Part shown: positions 11,651 through 23,846 of the stretch, in pieces | Numbering within the stretch: the stretch's first letter is position 1 | Layout: every line of letters starts with the position of its first letter | Source of the DNA: Camelus dromedarius | Taxonomy: Eukaryota | NCBI RefSeq assembly: GCF_036321535.1 | Contig: NC_087437.1 | Span: 54,872,001 to 54,936,000 of the forward strand | Direction: 5' to 3' | DNA: 64,000 nucleotides | Notes under the pieces: model-generated | The model's input: the letters and a program-made list of their open reading frames with translations, nothing else | Database searches by the model: none | Told to the model about the DNA's origin: nothing | Translations under genes and position numbers: made by a program

Positions 11651-12439
11651 GGATTGGTGATACTGGGAAGCCAAAACGGCCTTCCAGAGACCTGATGCTG
11701 CAAATGGCTGCACCTCTTCAAAGTTTTCTGTGTCTAACATTGCAAGTTTTGTTTGGTTGCATGGTCAAAACAAACGAGCTAAGGGAAATCACTGATTTGG
11801 TGGCCACTTCAGTGCTTTTGAGAAGTGTCCTCCATGGTGTGATGCCTCTTTGAAGACTCAAGGTTCAGGACATCGGATCACATCCCATAAGTCGTTTCTG
11901 CAACAGCATCTGAAGGAATTAAGCTAATAGCTTTGTCCTCTTCACCAGAAGTAGACTTCAGACAACCCTTTCACTAAGACCCTGGTTTCAATGCTAGCAC
12001 CCATGGAGGAGTAGAATCTATTCTTCGATGATATTTGGTAGCAACATTGATGCTCCATTTTTGACTTGCTGTTTTTCTCTCTCACTTGTTCTCAACTCTC
12101 CCAAGTTTAGCATTTGCTTGTGTTGTCTTCCTTTTCTCACCCTCCTGTGCTCCTTTGTTTTGGGTATTCTAGTGACCCTTCTCTCACCCGTGGAGTCCAG
12201 GCATGGCCTTCTTTCTGAGCTTTCTGTAGCCCAGAGGGAAAACAGTCTAGCTAAGTGTCACATCCACATGCCGTGTGAGGCAGGTGGTTGGCCCAGCATC
12301 ACCTCGTGTGACCTGGTGACAGAACCAGCAGGAACCAGTAGGGACCTGTGAATGTTCAGTCATCTTCGCATGATTCTGCCAAGTCATATAGAAATGTTGG
12401 TTACTTTAGTCTTTGTGAAAAAGGCGTTTTGCTGTCAAC

Positions 12440-12595
12440 ATACTAGATTGTGAGTCGCTTGAGAGTAAGGAACTGTGTGGAGAAATACACCATATCTTAC
12501 ACCAACCAGTGTAAACAAGCCGGCCAGGTTGCCCCCCACTTCACTGCTGGAACACAGGTCTTTGCACAGAGCATGTGTTCAGCAAATGTATTGAT
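12440..12595 (+). mobile_element. L2 3' terminus
   Basis: actagattgtgagtcgcttgagagtaaggaactgtg ... gcacagag..ttcagcaaatgtattga. Confidence 0.65.
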
Positions 12596-14524
12596 TTTGT
12601 CTTGGCTTCCATGACTGTCCTTACTGCAGTTTGAAGAGTAAAAGTAATGATGAATCAGTTGCTGACAAAACTAGTATTGTCAGGTTTAATGGTGACAGAT
12701 AGCAGACCTGTGAGCACTGTTAATACTGCTCTTTGGTGAGAGTGGCTGTCTGTGTACTGAGTTTTTAGGACTAATAATAGGAAAGACTATCCAGAGACTA
12801 CTCTTCCATTTATAGTGAATGAACACTTTTGTCTCAGATGCATTTAGATCTTACATAATTTTACTCCCTGTGGTAATTTTTTTTCCAGATAACTTATTCT
12901 AATGGCATGAGTATATTAAAATAAAGTTGGGTGGGGTGAAGGGAATATGCCAATAAAAAGAATCAATCACTCTTCTGACAAATGGCAAGTAATGCAGTCA
13001 CAATATTTACAAGTAAAATGGCAGGGATATAATTGAAAAATGTATCTGTGTATCACTCATATAGCAATCCTTCAAACTGTCACAGGTCTGTCTTTGATGC
13101 CTCATCAAAATATTCTATAATGCAATACAGCATTCTTCCTTTTTACTCTTTCGCTCTTGGTCATGAGAATTCGTTTAAAGGCTTTTAGCTCTGTGATCTC
13201 ATGTTTTGCTCTGTTCCAGACATGGCTCACTCTGTCTGCCGTGGGACTGTCAGATAAACCACGTAGCTCAGTGAGACCAGAACGGTACTACCTGCTTCCA
13301 TCAGTCTAGCGGTTCAACCCAAGATACACTCTGAGGGAATCTGTACAAAAGACTGAATGAAAATGTTCCATATAAAGTGCAGTTACATAAACCGTAATAA
13401 AAGGAAAGCACCGGGAAGCACTTAGGGCCTCAGATTCCGGAATCAAAGCTTTCTTCCTTGTCCTCCCTTTTCTCAGACATTTGAGTAGCCACCCTGATAT
13501 TTTCTTGGCTGAACTAAACTTGAGCCTGAGAGAGGGGTTTTATGCAGCTGGGCGCTGCTTGTACCCAAATGGAGGAGATACAGTCCCTGCTCACAAAGAT
13601 GTCGGTCGGTGAGAAGTAGGCAAGGAAACTAACGCTTAGAGCCATGCGCTCCAGGCCACGTAGGTGTAGAAGACAGACTGGAGACAAGAACAGGGTCTCC
13701 CAGCCCACCGTTCAGCTCTGGCTCTCCGAAGCCTCTCCATCTCCCTAACCGAGGACATCGCAGAGACTTTGTAGCTGGATTGAAGTTATTCTTGTTCCTC
13801 GTTACAAACTTCATAGGCTCCATGTTGAAACTCTGCACTTAAAATATGCATTCTTTTGTGTGTGGTCAGTGTTCATTTCATAGACATCTGGAAGGCTGTT
13901 GTGAGCTTTCAGAAGCCTCTGATCTCACATCCTGGGTTGTCAGAAGGTTCCCTTTTGTGACAGAGCTCCTTGGGTAGCTTGGAAAGCCTGCATTGCCTCC
14001 ACCCAGACAGAGTTTGGATGTGTTTTGCAAGCACTTTCTTTTGAATTGTGGAGCATAGGTCTCACAAGACAGCTTGTTCTTGAGAGGTTCCCAGTACGTT
14101 TGGTTCTAGTTCCCCCCTAAATGTTGTGATGGCAGGCTTTGTCAGACTATTGTGACATGCTCAGGGCGTTCCGAACCATGTGAGGGCTGAACACGTGCAT
14201 TCCAGGGAAATACAGACAACGCTCCTTGAGTCCCTGGGGTGCTCCACTCTGAGTATGCAGCGCCTGGGAATTGCCTCAGGAAACCAGCATCCCATGTACC
14301 ATTTCTGATATACTGAAATCTAGAAGTGCTCTTTTTTTGTAATTTGATGCCATGAGGAATGAGAGGATGCCTTCAGGGATGGAAGAATGGTGTGTACCTC
14401 TACTGAAATAATAAACAGTTATTCCTCAACTTAGAATCTCTCAAATGGCACAGTAAACTCTCAGTAAATGTTGGTTAAGGCCATTTAAATACTGGTTAAG
14501 TGACCAAGCTGAATTTAAAAAATG

Positions 14525-14665
14525 AAGTGGTGTGGGATGTAGGAAAGAGAACTTTTCTATTTCAAAAGTCCTGGACTCTAGTTCCAGTTAATAATCCATA
14601 AGTGATTTTAGGCAAATCATCTCTCTTTTCCACTGTTTTGTAAAACAAGGAGACTGGACTCTTTT
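14525..14665 (+). mobile_element. MIR (MIRc/MIR3-like) fragment
   Basis: ggaaagagaac..tcctggactctagttcc..gtgattttaggcaaatca..tgtaaaacaaggagactggact. Confidence 0.6.
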
Positions 14666-14804
14666 TTTTTTTTTTAAACAAGTACCTAAAGAAGCGATGA
14701 GTCTACATGCTTAGTATTTACCTCAGATTCATTGAGAACTTCTGTAAGTAGAGTACCAAGGAAATAGCAATGATGATGTGTCAAGTGATGCTATTCTAGT
14801 TGTT

Positions 14805-14856
14805 CTTTTTTCTTTTTAAGTTTTTTATTGAAATATAATTGATTTACAATGTTGTA
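14805..14856 (-). mobile_element. Very short, 5'-truncated L1 3' tip
   Basis: T-rich tail followed by ttttattgaaatataattgatttacaatgttgt, the same L1 terminus as at 44609. Confidence 0.6.
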
Positions 14857-14874
14857 AAAATCCATAGTTCTTAA

Positions 14875-14982
14875 CTTCTTATAACCAGAGTCCAGGTTTA
14901 TATCTCATTTCATTCATGTTTCTAGTACCTAGCACATTTCTGAGCACCTAGCCAGTACCTCGTACACATTTGTTAAATGACT
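14875..14982 (+). mobile_element. L2 3' terminus
   Basis: tctagtacctagcaca..cacatttgttaaatga. Confidence 0.6.
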
Positions 14983-15410
14983 ACAGTGGAATGAGGTGAT
15001 TGTGATTTACCCCCGTTTCCTAAACACAGGCCTATGTGAGACTACACTGAGAAGCGGCAGGAAAGTGATGGACTCTTTTGTGTTTGTGGTAGAGGGACAA
15101 TATGCTACTAGTCACCTGCTCTACCCAGGGCCTAGCCCGGGTCTGTGACATGAAAGGTGAATGGTATTATAGATTGAGAGCTAGATCCCTAATGACAGCC
15201 CATGAAAGTCACCTTAAAAGGTGAAGTTCAACCCATTCAACTTGGTTACTTTTTTTTTTACAGCATAAATGATTTACACAGGTACACTTTCAGTGGAAGA
15301 ATTCTCATTGCTTTTCGGACAACTCCATTTTTTACTTGAATCAGTCAGAATTACACTTACTTGCAGCAGACAGAAGAAAAAGCTTTAACCTCAGGTCAAA
15401 GACCAGTCTT

Positions 15411-15610
15411 TTGTTGTTATTGTTGTTTTTAATTTTTAAAAAAATTCTTTTTTGTAGTTTTTTTGGGGTAGGGAAGGCAGTATTAAGATTTGTTTGTTTG
15501 TTTGTTTATTTTTAATGGAGGGACTGGGGATTGAACCCAGGACCTCGTGCATGCAAAGCAAGTGCTCTACCACTGGGCTATCCAGCACCCACCCCAGTAC
15601 CCCCCACCAC
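15411..15610 (-). mobile_element. Camelid tRNA-Ala-derived SINE (Vic-1-like)
   Basis: Minus strand: A-box-like TAGCCCAGTGG, anticodon loop TTTGCAT, B-box GGTTCAATCC, an A-rich linker, a C-rich patch and an A-rich tail. Perfect 14-bp TSD CAAAGACCAGTCTT at 15397-15410 and 15611-15624. Confidence 0.88.
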
Positions 15611-16102
15611 CAAAGACCAGTCTTGATGTCCACACCGCACCAGAGATTATTAATAGCCCAAGATTCCCTCACCTCGACCACAGCTTCCCAGCTAGCAGTT
15701 ACTCTCCATTTGTGTTTTTCCTGAGTAAAGAAAGTCTAAATGCCATGATGTGTTTGTTTAGAAAAAGTAGAACATACTGTTAAAATGATATGAGTGCATG
15801 CTCTATCTCATCCCAGTTTGTTCCACATGAATAATCGGAAGTTAGTTTTCTAAATGTCGCCAATCTCAAGGGAGGAGGGTACATTTGCAGTGGATTTTTC
15901 TCAGTAGGTTAAATCTAAAGAAGTAATTAAGGATCCATATTTCTGATTTGCAGGAAACGGTATTATGCATTTCCCTTGGATGAGAGTAAGTAAGGAGGAT
16001 AAAGGAAGACTCTCAAATTGCAGTCTGTGTGACCTGTTTTTGAATAAACATCATCATATTCCACAGTCAATTATCTCCAAAGTACAGTGTGTTCTCTAGC
16101 CA

Positions 16103-16147
16103 GAGAGAGAGAGAGGGAGAGAGGGGGAGAGCTAGAGAGCGAGAGAG
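16103..16147. repeat. Imperfect (GA)n tract
   Basis: Read directly. Confidence 0.85.
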
Positions 16148-16794
16148 TTAAGGATAGAAACTGTCGATTAGAAGTGGTTAGAGAAAAGGGCACATGCATT
16201 GGAGTGTACATTAATCTATTGTCCTCTGAATAATTTCATACAATTTGGGAAGGAGTAATAGGGAAGATTATACATGATTTTTATGTGATTTCATAAATAT
16301 CGAATTGCAGTCATCAGTGAAAGAGACAAGCATGGCTAGGAAAACAAAATGAGGTATGTTATGTTCAGCACAGTAAATAGGGCTCCTAATACCAGAGGAA
16401 AAACAAGCCATTAGTTACAGCCATTGAATGGAAGTCGTCTAATAGGAGCAGCAGGATAAGTATCCCATTTTATTACGGCTTCGTTATGTGTTTTGCAAGA
16501 CTCTCTGGCTCTCCATTAAAATTATTTTCTACAGCAACACTGTGCGGGTTCAGAACCCATGAGCGTAACTATTATTTTTGCTTACACCACGCTGCTCTGC
16601 TGGGAGAGTAAATAGTATTTTGAGTTTTGTTTGTTTCTTTTATCCCTTTCCTTTCTCTTCACCTATGAAAAGATCAAAATTGGAGAGAAGTATTTGTTGG
16701 AGAACGATCTTAAAAGAAGCTCAAGTTTGATCAAAATAGAGTTGGCCACAGTGAAGACAGGTACCTTACCATTGCCTCTATAATCGGTTCAGGT

Positions 16795-16845
16795 TGTTTT
16801 GTTTTTCTTTTTCTTCTTCTTCTTCTTCTTCATTTTTTTTTTTTT
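16795..16845. repeat. (TTC)n / poly-T low-complexity tract
   Basis: Read directly. Confidence 0.85.
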
Positions 16846-17879
16846 CCTTTTGAGGTAAAGTTGGCAGCAAAGGAAGGTTTCAGATGGACAAAGGGCAGAC
16901 ACAAGGCTTCTGTTAATTCACGTGGGTCAGGGCAACCTCCCACAAAAGCTATGACATTTGGCCTGTTCTGATAGAAACCCTTTTCTTTCTGTGTGGCCTG
17001 GGATTTGAATCTGGGGCCTCTGATCCTTGGCCTCTCTCCTGGCTGGTTGCTGGGTGGGGTGACTGCAATCATTCATTCTCCCAAAAAGGCCTGTTACCAT
17101 CAGAAGCAAACCGCATCTTTGCTTTTACAGCAGTTACGCTTGATAATGATTGGTGATACTGGCCTCTGCCTACTCTTACTTTCTTATTCCTGAGCCCCAA
17201 AGTATTATTTAAAAAAAAGTTAGCATCTCGCTTTTGGGGGGATTAGAGCATTTCCCCCACATTAAACCCTAAGGTTTACTACGGAACACCGACAGTGGAG
17301 TGCCCTGCTCATTTGCCAACAAATCCTCACAAATTATTTATTTCCCATTTTAGACATTGGACAGTGACTCAGTGTGCCCTGGAAATACTATCACTGTAGT
17401 AATTTTCTTGTGTGGCTCAGCTTAATGTTAGAGAAATGGGTAGTTACAAGTCCAGACACTATAAAGATGGAGCTAAATATTCTTCTAAAAATAGGATGTT
17501 TGGTTAACGTTTAGTAGTCAACAACTTTCCTGCAGCCACACACAGTGCAGGACTAAGAAATGGAATAAATGTCCTTTTGCAGGGTTTGGTAAGGTCTCTT
17601 GTTTGGAGATTAACTTTGAATATTAAGGATTTAGGATATGTTGGCTTCATCTGTGAGGCTTTGCCCTATGACATGATGCTGTTTTTAAATCAAGGGATCA
17701 GCAGTTGGCAGGGAACACATTGCATATGGGTGATAGATGGCATGAAACTGACTGGAGACAAATTCATTGACTCAACAAAAGGAAAACCAGTTCTTTTGAA
17801 TCTTATATTTGTTGGAACGATCCAGGTGGCTGTGGCCAGATGTAGGGTGCTGAGAAGAGAAGGAACAAAAAGAAAGAAG

Positions 17880-18090
17880 TTAGTCTAAATTTTAAAATCA
17901 GGCGGAATTGGGCTCAAAATTTTCTCTGCCTTCTATTAACTATGTGTCATTAAGCTTCAGCTTTCTTTTTTGTAAAATGGCATCATGGCATCTACCTATA
18001 GGATTACAATAAAAATACATGTGAAGAGCCCAGTTTGACACATACTGTATACTCAGTTAACGGTTACTTTAGTTATTATAACCTTTATTA
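17880..18090 (+). mobile_element. MIR SINE
   Basis: gcttcagctttc..tgtaaaatgg..atctacctataggatt..atgtgaagagc..actcagttaacggttac. Confidence 0.7.
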
Positions 18091-18329
18091 TTTACAGTGA
18101 TGAGATGTTTATTACCTTCCAAAACAATTCATCCCATCATTGAATAGATCTATTCTGCTTTTATTAAGTTGAAAGTTTTTCCTGTTATTTCTAAACCTTG
18201 ACCTACTTCGAAGCTCTGGAACTTTTTTTTTTCTTCTAATATTGGAGGAGGGAACAAAAGGAAGGAAGGAAGGGAAGGAAGGACGGGCGTACATGTCTAC
18301 ATGACATTCTTTTAATATACTGAAGACAA

Positions 18330-18540
18330 TACTCACAAATGCCTTCAATGTTCTCTTCATCTGAGTGATCATTGCCAGTTCTTTAATGAGTCTTTATTAC
18401 TATGGTTTTGAGGACCATCGGTATTTAGGGTATTGTTCTCATCCCTGTTAAGAAGTGTATGGCTCAGAATCAGATGTAATCTTTGAGGTGTGGACTCACC
18501 AGTGGAGTGCAGTGTCACTTTCTTCTTACTAGGTGATAGG
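18330..18540 (-). mobile_element. L3 (CR1) LINE fragment
   Basis: gctcagaatcagatgtaatctttgaggtgtggactcaccagtggagtgcag resembles the antisense CR1/L3 RT-region motif (cccagaactggacacagtactccaggtgtggtctgaccag). Confidence 0.5.
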
Positions 18541-19319
18541 TGCCCAACGATAGCTGTTGTGTAGGAATCTGGATCCTTCTAACATCAGTTTTGCCGTATG
18601 ATCCCTAGCGTTGGTTAACCCTACTGAGCCCTTCTCTCCTGCTCATAGGAAAATATTTATAAAGGGCTAGTACATTTAGAAGAAATGTGTTGCGTACATC
18701 CTTTACCAGTACCAAATATCATTCCTTGAATAACAAAAAGGAAGGGAATCCTCCCCACCTCCCCCAAAAATCTTGTAATAATTTAGATCAAAAGAATGAA
18801 TGTGGTTCTAAACAAAATGGGCCAGAAAATAAAATTTTCTAGCCATTAGGTAAATGTTGAGTACCAAACTTATCTTTATATCTTATACCTTTGCCCATAT
18901 CTCCCAAACTTTGGATTTCCATTTTCCTAAATTTAACTAAAGAATTAAAATTAAATCATTTCTAATCTTTCTTCTGATTTTGACATTAGATATGTTCCCT
19001 TACTTGTAAAGTGGAGAAAATATTCTTTCCCTGTATCAGAGGGTTGTTGTCAAGAAGGAATGATATTGTTGATACGATAAAGTATTATGCTTGGGAAATA
19101 TACCATATAATTTCAGTCATTCACCCTAGGATCCTGGTAGCTATCTGCCCTCCATGTTCCTTTAGGATTTACTCAGGGGAGTGGCCAACGATGGATGGCC
19201 AATCAGAGCCTCAGTCAGTTACCTGGAGCAGCATATTTCAGATAGAACCATACTCAGCATTCTGCATACTGACACAATTCTGGAACCCTACAAGACAACC
19301 TTTGGAGGAGGAAGAATGC

Positions 19320-19680
19320 TGATAATATTTAGCAAATAACTCGTGTATACCACGTACTTTAAACTTATTTGATGCTCCCTGCAAATTTGGGCTAGTTAAG
19401 GTAGGATTATTATTGTCTCTATTTTACTGGTAAGCTAGTTGAAGCTCATGGAAGTAAGGCTGCTTATAAAGGTAAGGATATCAAATGGAGTCACCCATGG
19501 TAAACTGGTATGTTGTGAAGCATGACTTCAGAACCACTGGTGGCTTGCTGCATTCAGGTAGAGAAAGCCCCTGGAGTTCCACAGAATTGGAACATTACTA
19601 GATCTGAAATGTTCCTTAGAAATCATCTCATCGGATGCTCCCATTTGGTAGAAGAAGTCCAAAGAGTTCCTGAGATGGAA
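19320..19680 (-). mobile_element. MIR and MIR3-like fragments
   Basis: aggtaggattattattgtctctattttact..gaagctcatggaagtaag; cacagaatt..tagatctgaaatgttccttagaaatcatct. Confidence 0.55.
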
Positions 19681-19769
19681 ACAAAACACATGTTCTTGTT
19701 ATATCACATTGTGCTGAGGGTTAGATGCATAAACCCAGGAAATCATCAGGAAACTATGAAAGCACCAAG

Positions 19770-20130
19770 GACAGTCTTTGGAATCACTGGGACCTCAGTG
19801 CAAATCTCATTGCCACTTCCTGGGCATTTCTGTATAGCTAGGTTGCTTCCCCTCCCTGAGCCTCAGTGTGAATAATGTGTGCCGGTGGGGAGGGCATAGC
19901 TCAAGTGGTGGAGTGCATGCTTAGCATACACGAGGTCCTGGGTTCAACCCCCAGGATTGAATCCTCTAAAAATAAATAAATAAGCAAACCTAGTCCCCCT
20001 CCCCCTGCCCCATAAATAAATTAATTATAAAACATAATGCATACCAAGCAAGTTGTGGGCCTTTATTAAGCGAGATAACATGTTAGTGCCTGGCTTCATG
20101 CTTGGCCCGTAATGGATGCTCCACTACTGT
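19770..20130 (+). mobile_element. MIR SINE split by a Vic-1-like SINE insertion
   Basis: ctttggaatc..ccctccctgagcctcagt to the left; agttgtggg..attaagcgagataacatg..gtgcctggc to the right. Confidence 0.7.
19884..20033 (+). mobile_element. Camelid tRNA-Ala-derived SINE (Vic-1-like)
   Basis: GGGGAGGGCATAGCTCAAGTGG (A-box), loop TTAGCAT, GAGGTCCTGGGTTCAACCC (B-box), an (AAAT)n linker, a C-rich patch and an A-rich tail. Decayed TSD ATAATGTGTGCC (19872-19883) / ATAATGCATACC (20034-20045). Confidence 0.9.
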
Positions 20131-20939
20131 TTACTTCCTTTCCTTCCCTCATTCCTCCTCTCACACTATTAGGACGGCTGTTTGGGGCTATCCATTTCTG
20201 GATTTCCCTGTGTAACCTCACTTGGGGATGAGCACAGTGTGCCTCCCACGCCCCAGCCCCACCCTGATGACTCTGGTCTGTTCTTTTCGGGATGCTGTCT
20301 GCCTTGGGATGCGAGCCGTGGTCCTCATGCACTGCTTACCGTGTCAGGGGGCCTCGCCCTTCTGGCTAAGGGGCTTCTGCTACAGAGCCTGGTGCAAAGT
20401 ACTTACCTACATAGGAGATAGGGCTTTATGAATGGGTCTTTCATGGGTGACAAAATATTTGCCAGGAAGGACTGTAAACAGAAGAGAAGACTTGATTCAC
20501 TTGCTCCTTTTCTCCTGCCCTCTCTTAGTTTTTGTTTAATTTAGTGTGTTTATACCTCAGGACACAGCTGGTACTGAGGCTCTTCCAAGGGTAAGAGAAA
20601 CCTTTCTCTGCCATCCCCCCGCATTCTGTCCCCCCGCCTTTGGACATCTTTAAAAGACAATAAAAGAGGTATGAGTATGAGACAGAGTGTGTGTTCACAT
20701 GAGTCCTGGTTATTACGGGTCCTCAGCCCAAGCATTACCTCCCTCTGGCCACAAGGATTTAATAGAGACCATCTGAGCACCCGAATTTCCCTCAAGCACA
20801 TTCTTTTAAGAAAAGGGTCATTGCCGGTCATTTCCCTAATGTATCACTGCTGTCCTGACCTGATCCTTTTCTGCTCTGCCTTGGCTACCCAAGCATATTT
20901 TTCACTTCTCAAAAAGTGTTACTCTTTCATAATTAAAGA

Positions 20940-21162
20940 TGAGGCAGCGCCGGCAGAGAGAACGGGTCGGTTTGTGGCCAGCACACTGGGCCTGTGGTCA
21001 GAAGATACGACTTCAGTTATTTGGTCTTATTGGGCTTCGATGTTTTGACTTGGAAATCCGGGGTACTTATATTTGCCTTGTCTATTTCACTCTGCTGTGG
21101 GGAGGTTAAATGTGAGACTCGGTGAGAAAGTGCTTCGTAGACAATAGAGCACTGTATAAATA
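20940..21162 (+). mobile_element. MIR (MIRc-like) SINE
   Basis: acactgggcctgtggtcagaaga ... tgctgtggggaggttaaatgtga..gaaagtgcttcgta..agcactgtataaat. Confidence 0.7.
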
Positions 21163-21239
21163 GGAAAAGTTTTCCTGGGCTTCTCTTGTGTTCCATTAAT
21201 ACATTGGCACTCTGCGTCGATCTGAGCACATGATGCAGT

Positions 21240-21830
21240 TGACTTCAGATTAAACTTCACCTAAGAATTACTTGGAGAAGATGAACTGTCAGTGTCTTCT
21301 GTGGGCTGTGCAAACCAGACAAAGGGTGCTGAGTTCTTTCCACCCCCAATGTGAGCCCCCAAAGGACTGTGCCCTATTTCCACCCTACAGATGATGTGCA
21401 CAGGCCCCTGGAATCCACTGAGCTCGCAGGGATTTACCTGATGCCTAATCAGGATGGCAAGTTAGATCCTGGTTAGTGCTCACGATTGGCTTATGGGGCC
21501 TAGTTAGATAATGAATATTCACCAAGGAAGATTGCTGGGGAGGGAACCACAAAATAATTGTAGGCCTGACTCAGCTCATCAAGATATCAGCTTTGGCCAT
21601 TGCAAGGAAAGCCTTGTCCTCTGTCCTGTGGTCTCTCTTTTTTTCCATTCCTTCTGTTGCTCTCTGCAGCCCCCATGCTTCTAGAATTGTTTTGTGCGTG
21701 GTGCCCGTACTTTAAATAAATGGTATCCTCGTTTAGGTATTTGTTTCCAGTGTTTCTGAGGCTGGGAGATTTCTCCAGAGTTTACTGCTGACTTTGGTGC
21801 TCAAGCACCGAGAAGATTTCCACTTGAGGT
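21240..21830 (+). mobile_element. Possible ancient ERV/Gypsy-type LTR
   Basis: LTR-like order of elements: a reverse CCAAT (gattgg), ATGAATATT, a pyrimidine-rich R-like segment, AATAAA at about 21715 and a GT-rich downstream region. Family not recognised. Confidence 0.3.
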
Positions 21831-22369
21831 GGCTCTGGCATTAGAGGCTTTATTTTTCTCCCTTTCTGTTTTATTGTTGGCCAGTTTGGGCCAGCATGTT
21901 GCTAGGTTGTGTTGGTTTCTTAGCTCTTACAACTAAGCTAAGATGCACATGTCAAAAAGTGTGTTTTCTTTCTCTCTGAAAAGGTCTTCCCTCTTTTCTG
22001 TAATGCTTCAGGATGGGAAAAGGAGTGTTTGCTTCATTCTAATTCTGGCATATGAAGTGTTTGCTGTAAAATGTTTGTATCACCCTGTTATCTTGTCAAA
22101 GTGCTATCATCATTGTCATTTTCAGCCTAATAGCAGGAATGTTCTATTTGTACCAAGGGTATTACCTATTTTAAGTAAATTCAACAAAGGAAATTTCAAA
22201 TGCCAAAAAAAAAAAAATTGATAATGAGAAGCTAATTAGTTTTATAGTCCTCAAAACCCTAAAGTTAAAATAGCTTTAAGCTGCCAGTGCATCGTGCTCT
22301 GACAGGACCATTTACAGGTAAAAGATGATGCTTCACCCAGACTATTGTTAAATTGTAAACTACTCAAGC

Positions 22370-22371
22370 AA

Positions 22372-22426
<55 letters not shown>

Positions 22427-22429
22427 ATA
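22370..22429. repeat. (AATA)15 tetranucleotide microsatellite
   Basis: Perfect run read directly. Confidence 0.97.
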
Positions 22430-23029
22430 GAAATAAAATAAGGTTAGGGCTATTTGCTTGGAGTGGCCTCCAGGCTTTGGATGACAGTTGAGGCACTTCG
22501 ATTTAATGCTTCTTTAGTTTTAAGAGTGGCAACCAAACCAGCCTTCTTCTCAGCTACCCCAAAGGAGATTGGCCTGGAGCACAGGAGAACTCAGAGCTCC
22601 CACATGAAACCCAGCTCCTGTGGGACATGATAAACGCAGGTGAAATTGTGAGCTAGATGAAGGCTGTCTTTCTAGAACTGAGGTGACAGCAAAATCCCTA
22701 TGTTCCTCTGTCAGGCATCCAAAATCTTTTAGTCTTCAAATAATTACAGAGGCATTTACTATATCAGGCCTTGCAAAGAGCCACTGAGACAGAGATAGAA
22801 GATGAGACAATTATGATTCCTGAGTCAACTCTGATTCCTGTCTTCGGAGAGCTCATCATCTAGGACATGCGTGTGAATTGCTACTTCCAAATTTGTAAAC
22901 TAAGTATAATGAACGGGATGTGGAGGAACCACATAGGAGACTGATGAGCTCTTCCTGAAGGAATTTGCCTCAGCCATAAATTATCTTGTCTTTTTTCCAA
23001 ATCTCTATGGCCATTTAATATTTGTAGCG

Positions 23030-23195
23030 TATCTATCTATCTATCTATATGGATCAATAACGAGTTACTACTTAATGATAGGTTTCCTACTGGGAAAGAT
23101 TTGTCACTTGATAACACAGTCTGACGGGTACTTTGCATCCATCTATCCATCAATCTGTCCATCTATGCATCCATCCATTCATCCATCCTTTCATT
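23030..23195. repeat. (TCTA)n and imperfect (TCCA)n tracts
   Basis: Read directly. The (TCCA)n part may be an expanded L2 tail. Confidence 0.75.
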
Positions 23196-23846
23196 CTACA
23201 AAAGTATATTCTCTCTATGTGACACTTTGCTAAATCCTAAAGGAAATACAGAATTTGATTAGACAGTAACATGTAATTTAGTAATGGAGACACAAATGGC
23301 TGAGTAAATGGCATGGATCCATGAAAGAGAAAGAGACATGTAGAATTCTTGAAGGTGATGTCATTATAATCATCAACTCAGGCAGTTCCTACTGGGTATG
23401 ATGCCTGTGAACCAGAATCACGTTTTCTCATCATCTGTCCATGAGTGTTTACTCTGGATTCGTTCACAGTCAGACACTGCACTAGCATACAGTGGGGACA
23501 TACATTCTCTGAGATCATGAGACGTTATTTCTAACCCTGAGTGCTTCCCGTTGTGATTGTGCCCTTACTTCTGCTCCTCCTAGCCAAGAGATGTACACAT
23601 TGGCTACAGTTTATCTTTCCTACAATCCTCTGTCCTTGTGGTTGGGTTTCAGTGGACATACACTAGGTGCTGTCAGAAGATAAGAGACTAAAAATCAAGA
23701 TGCAAGCATTTTCACAAGTGTTAAGCATTTAGTTGCAACTTAGGATTGGCTGTTGGAGCAATAGGGCATTTGATACATAACATTTCACATTAGCTAAGTG
23801 ACAGAACTGTTGGAAATAGTAGAAAAAATGATTTATGTATCTAGAA

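Noticed and set aside
16673..16760. 88-nt plus-strand exon candidate with an open frame (IKIGEKYLLENDLKRSSSLIKIELATVKT)
   Set aside because: The acceptor is purine-rich (gaaaag), the donor GTACCT is weak, no partner exons are evident, and an open frame of this length is common by chance.
19887..19960. tRNA-Ala gene
   Set aside because: The tRNA-like head has mismatched stems and is followed by a SINE body, tail and TSD. The same applies to the copy at 15515-15590.
22370..22429. CRISPR-like or other spaced repeat arrays
   Set aside because: Only simple microsatellites are present. There is no repeat-spacer structure anywhere in the window.
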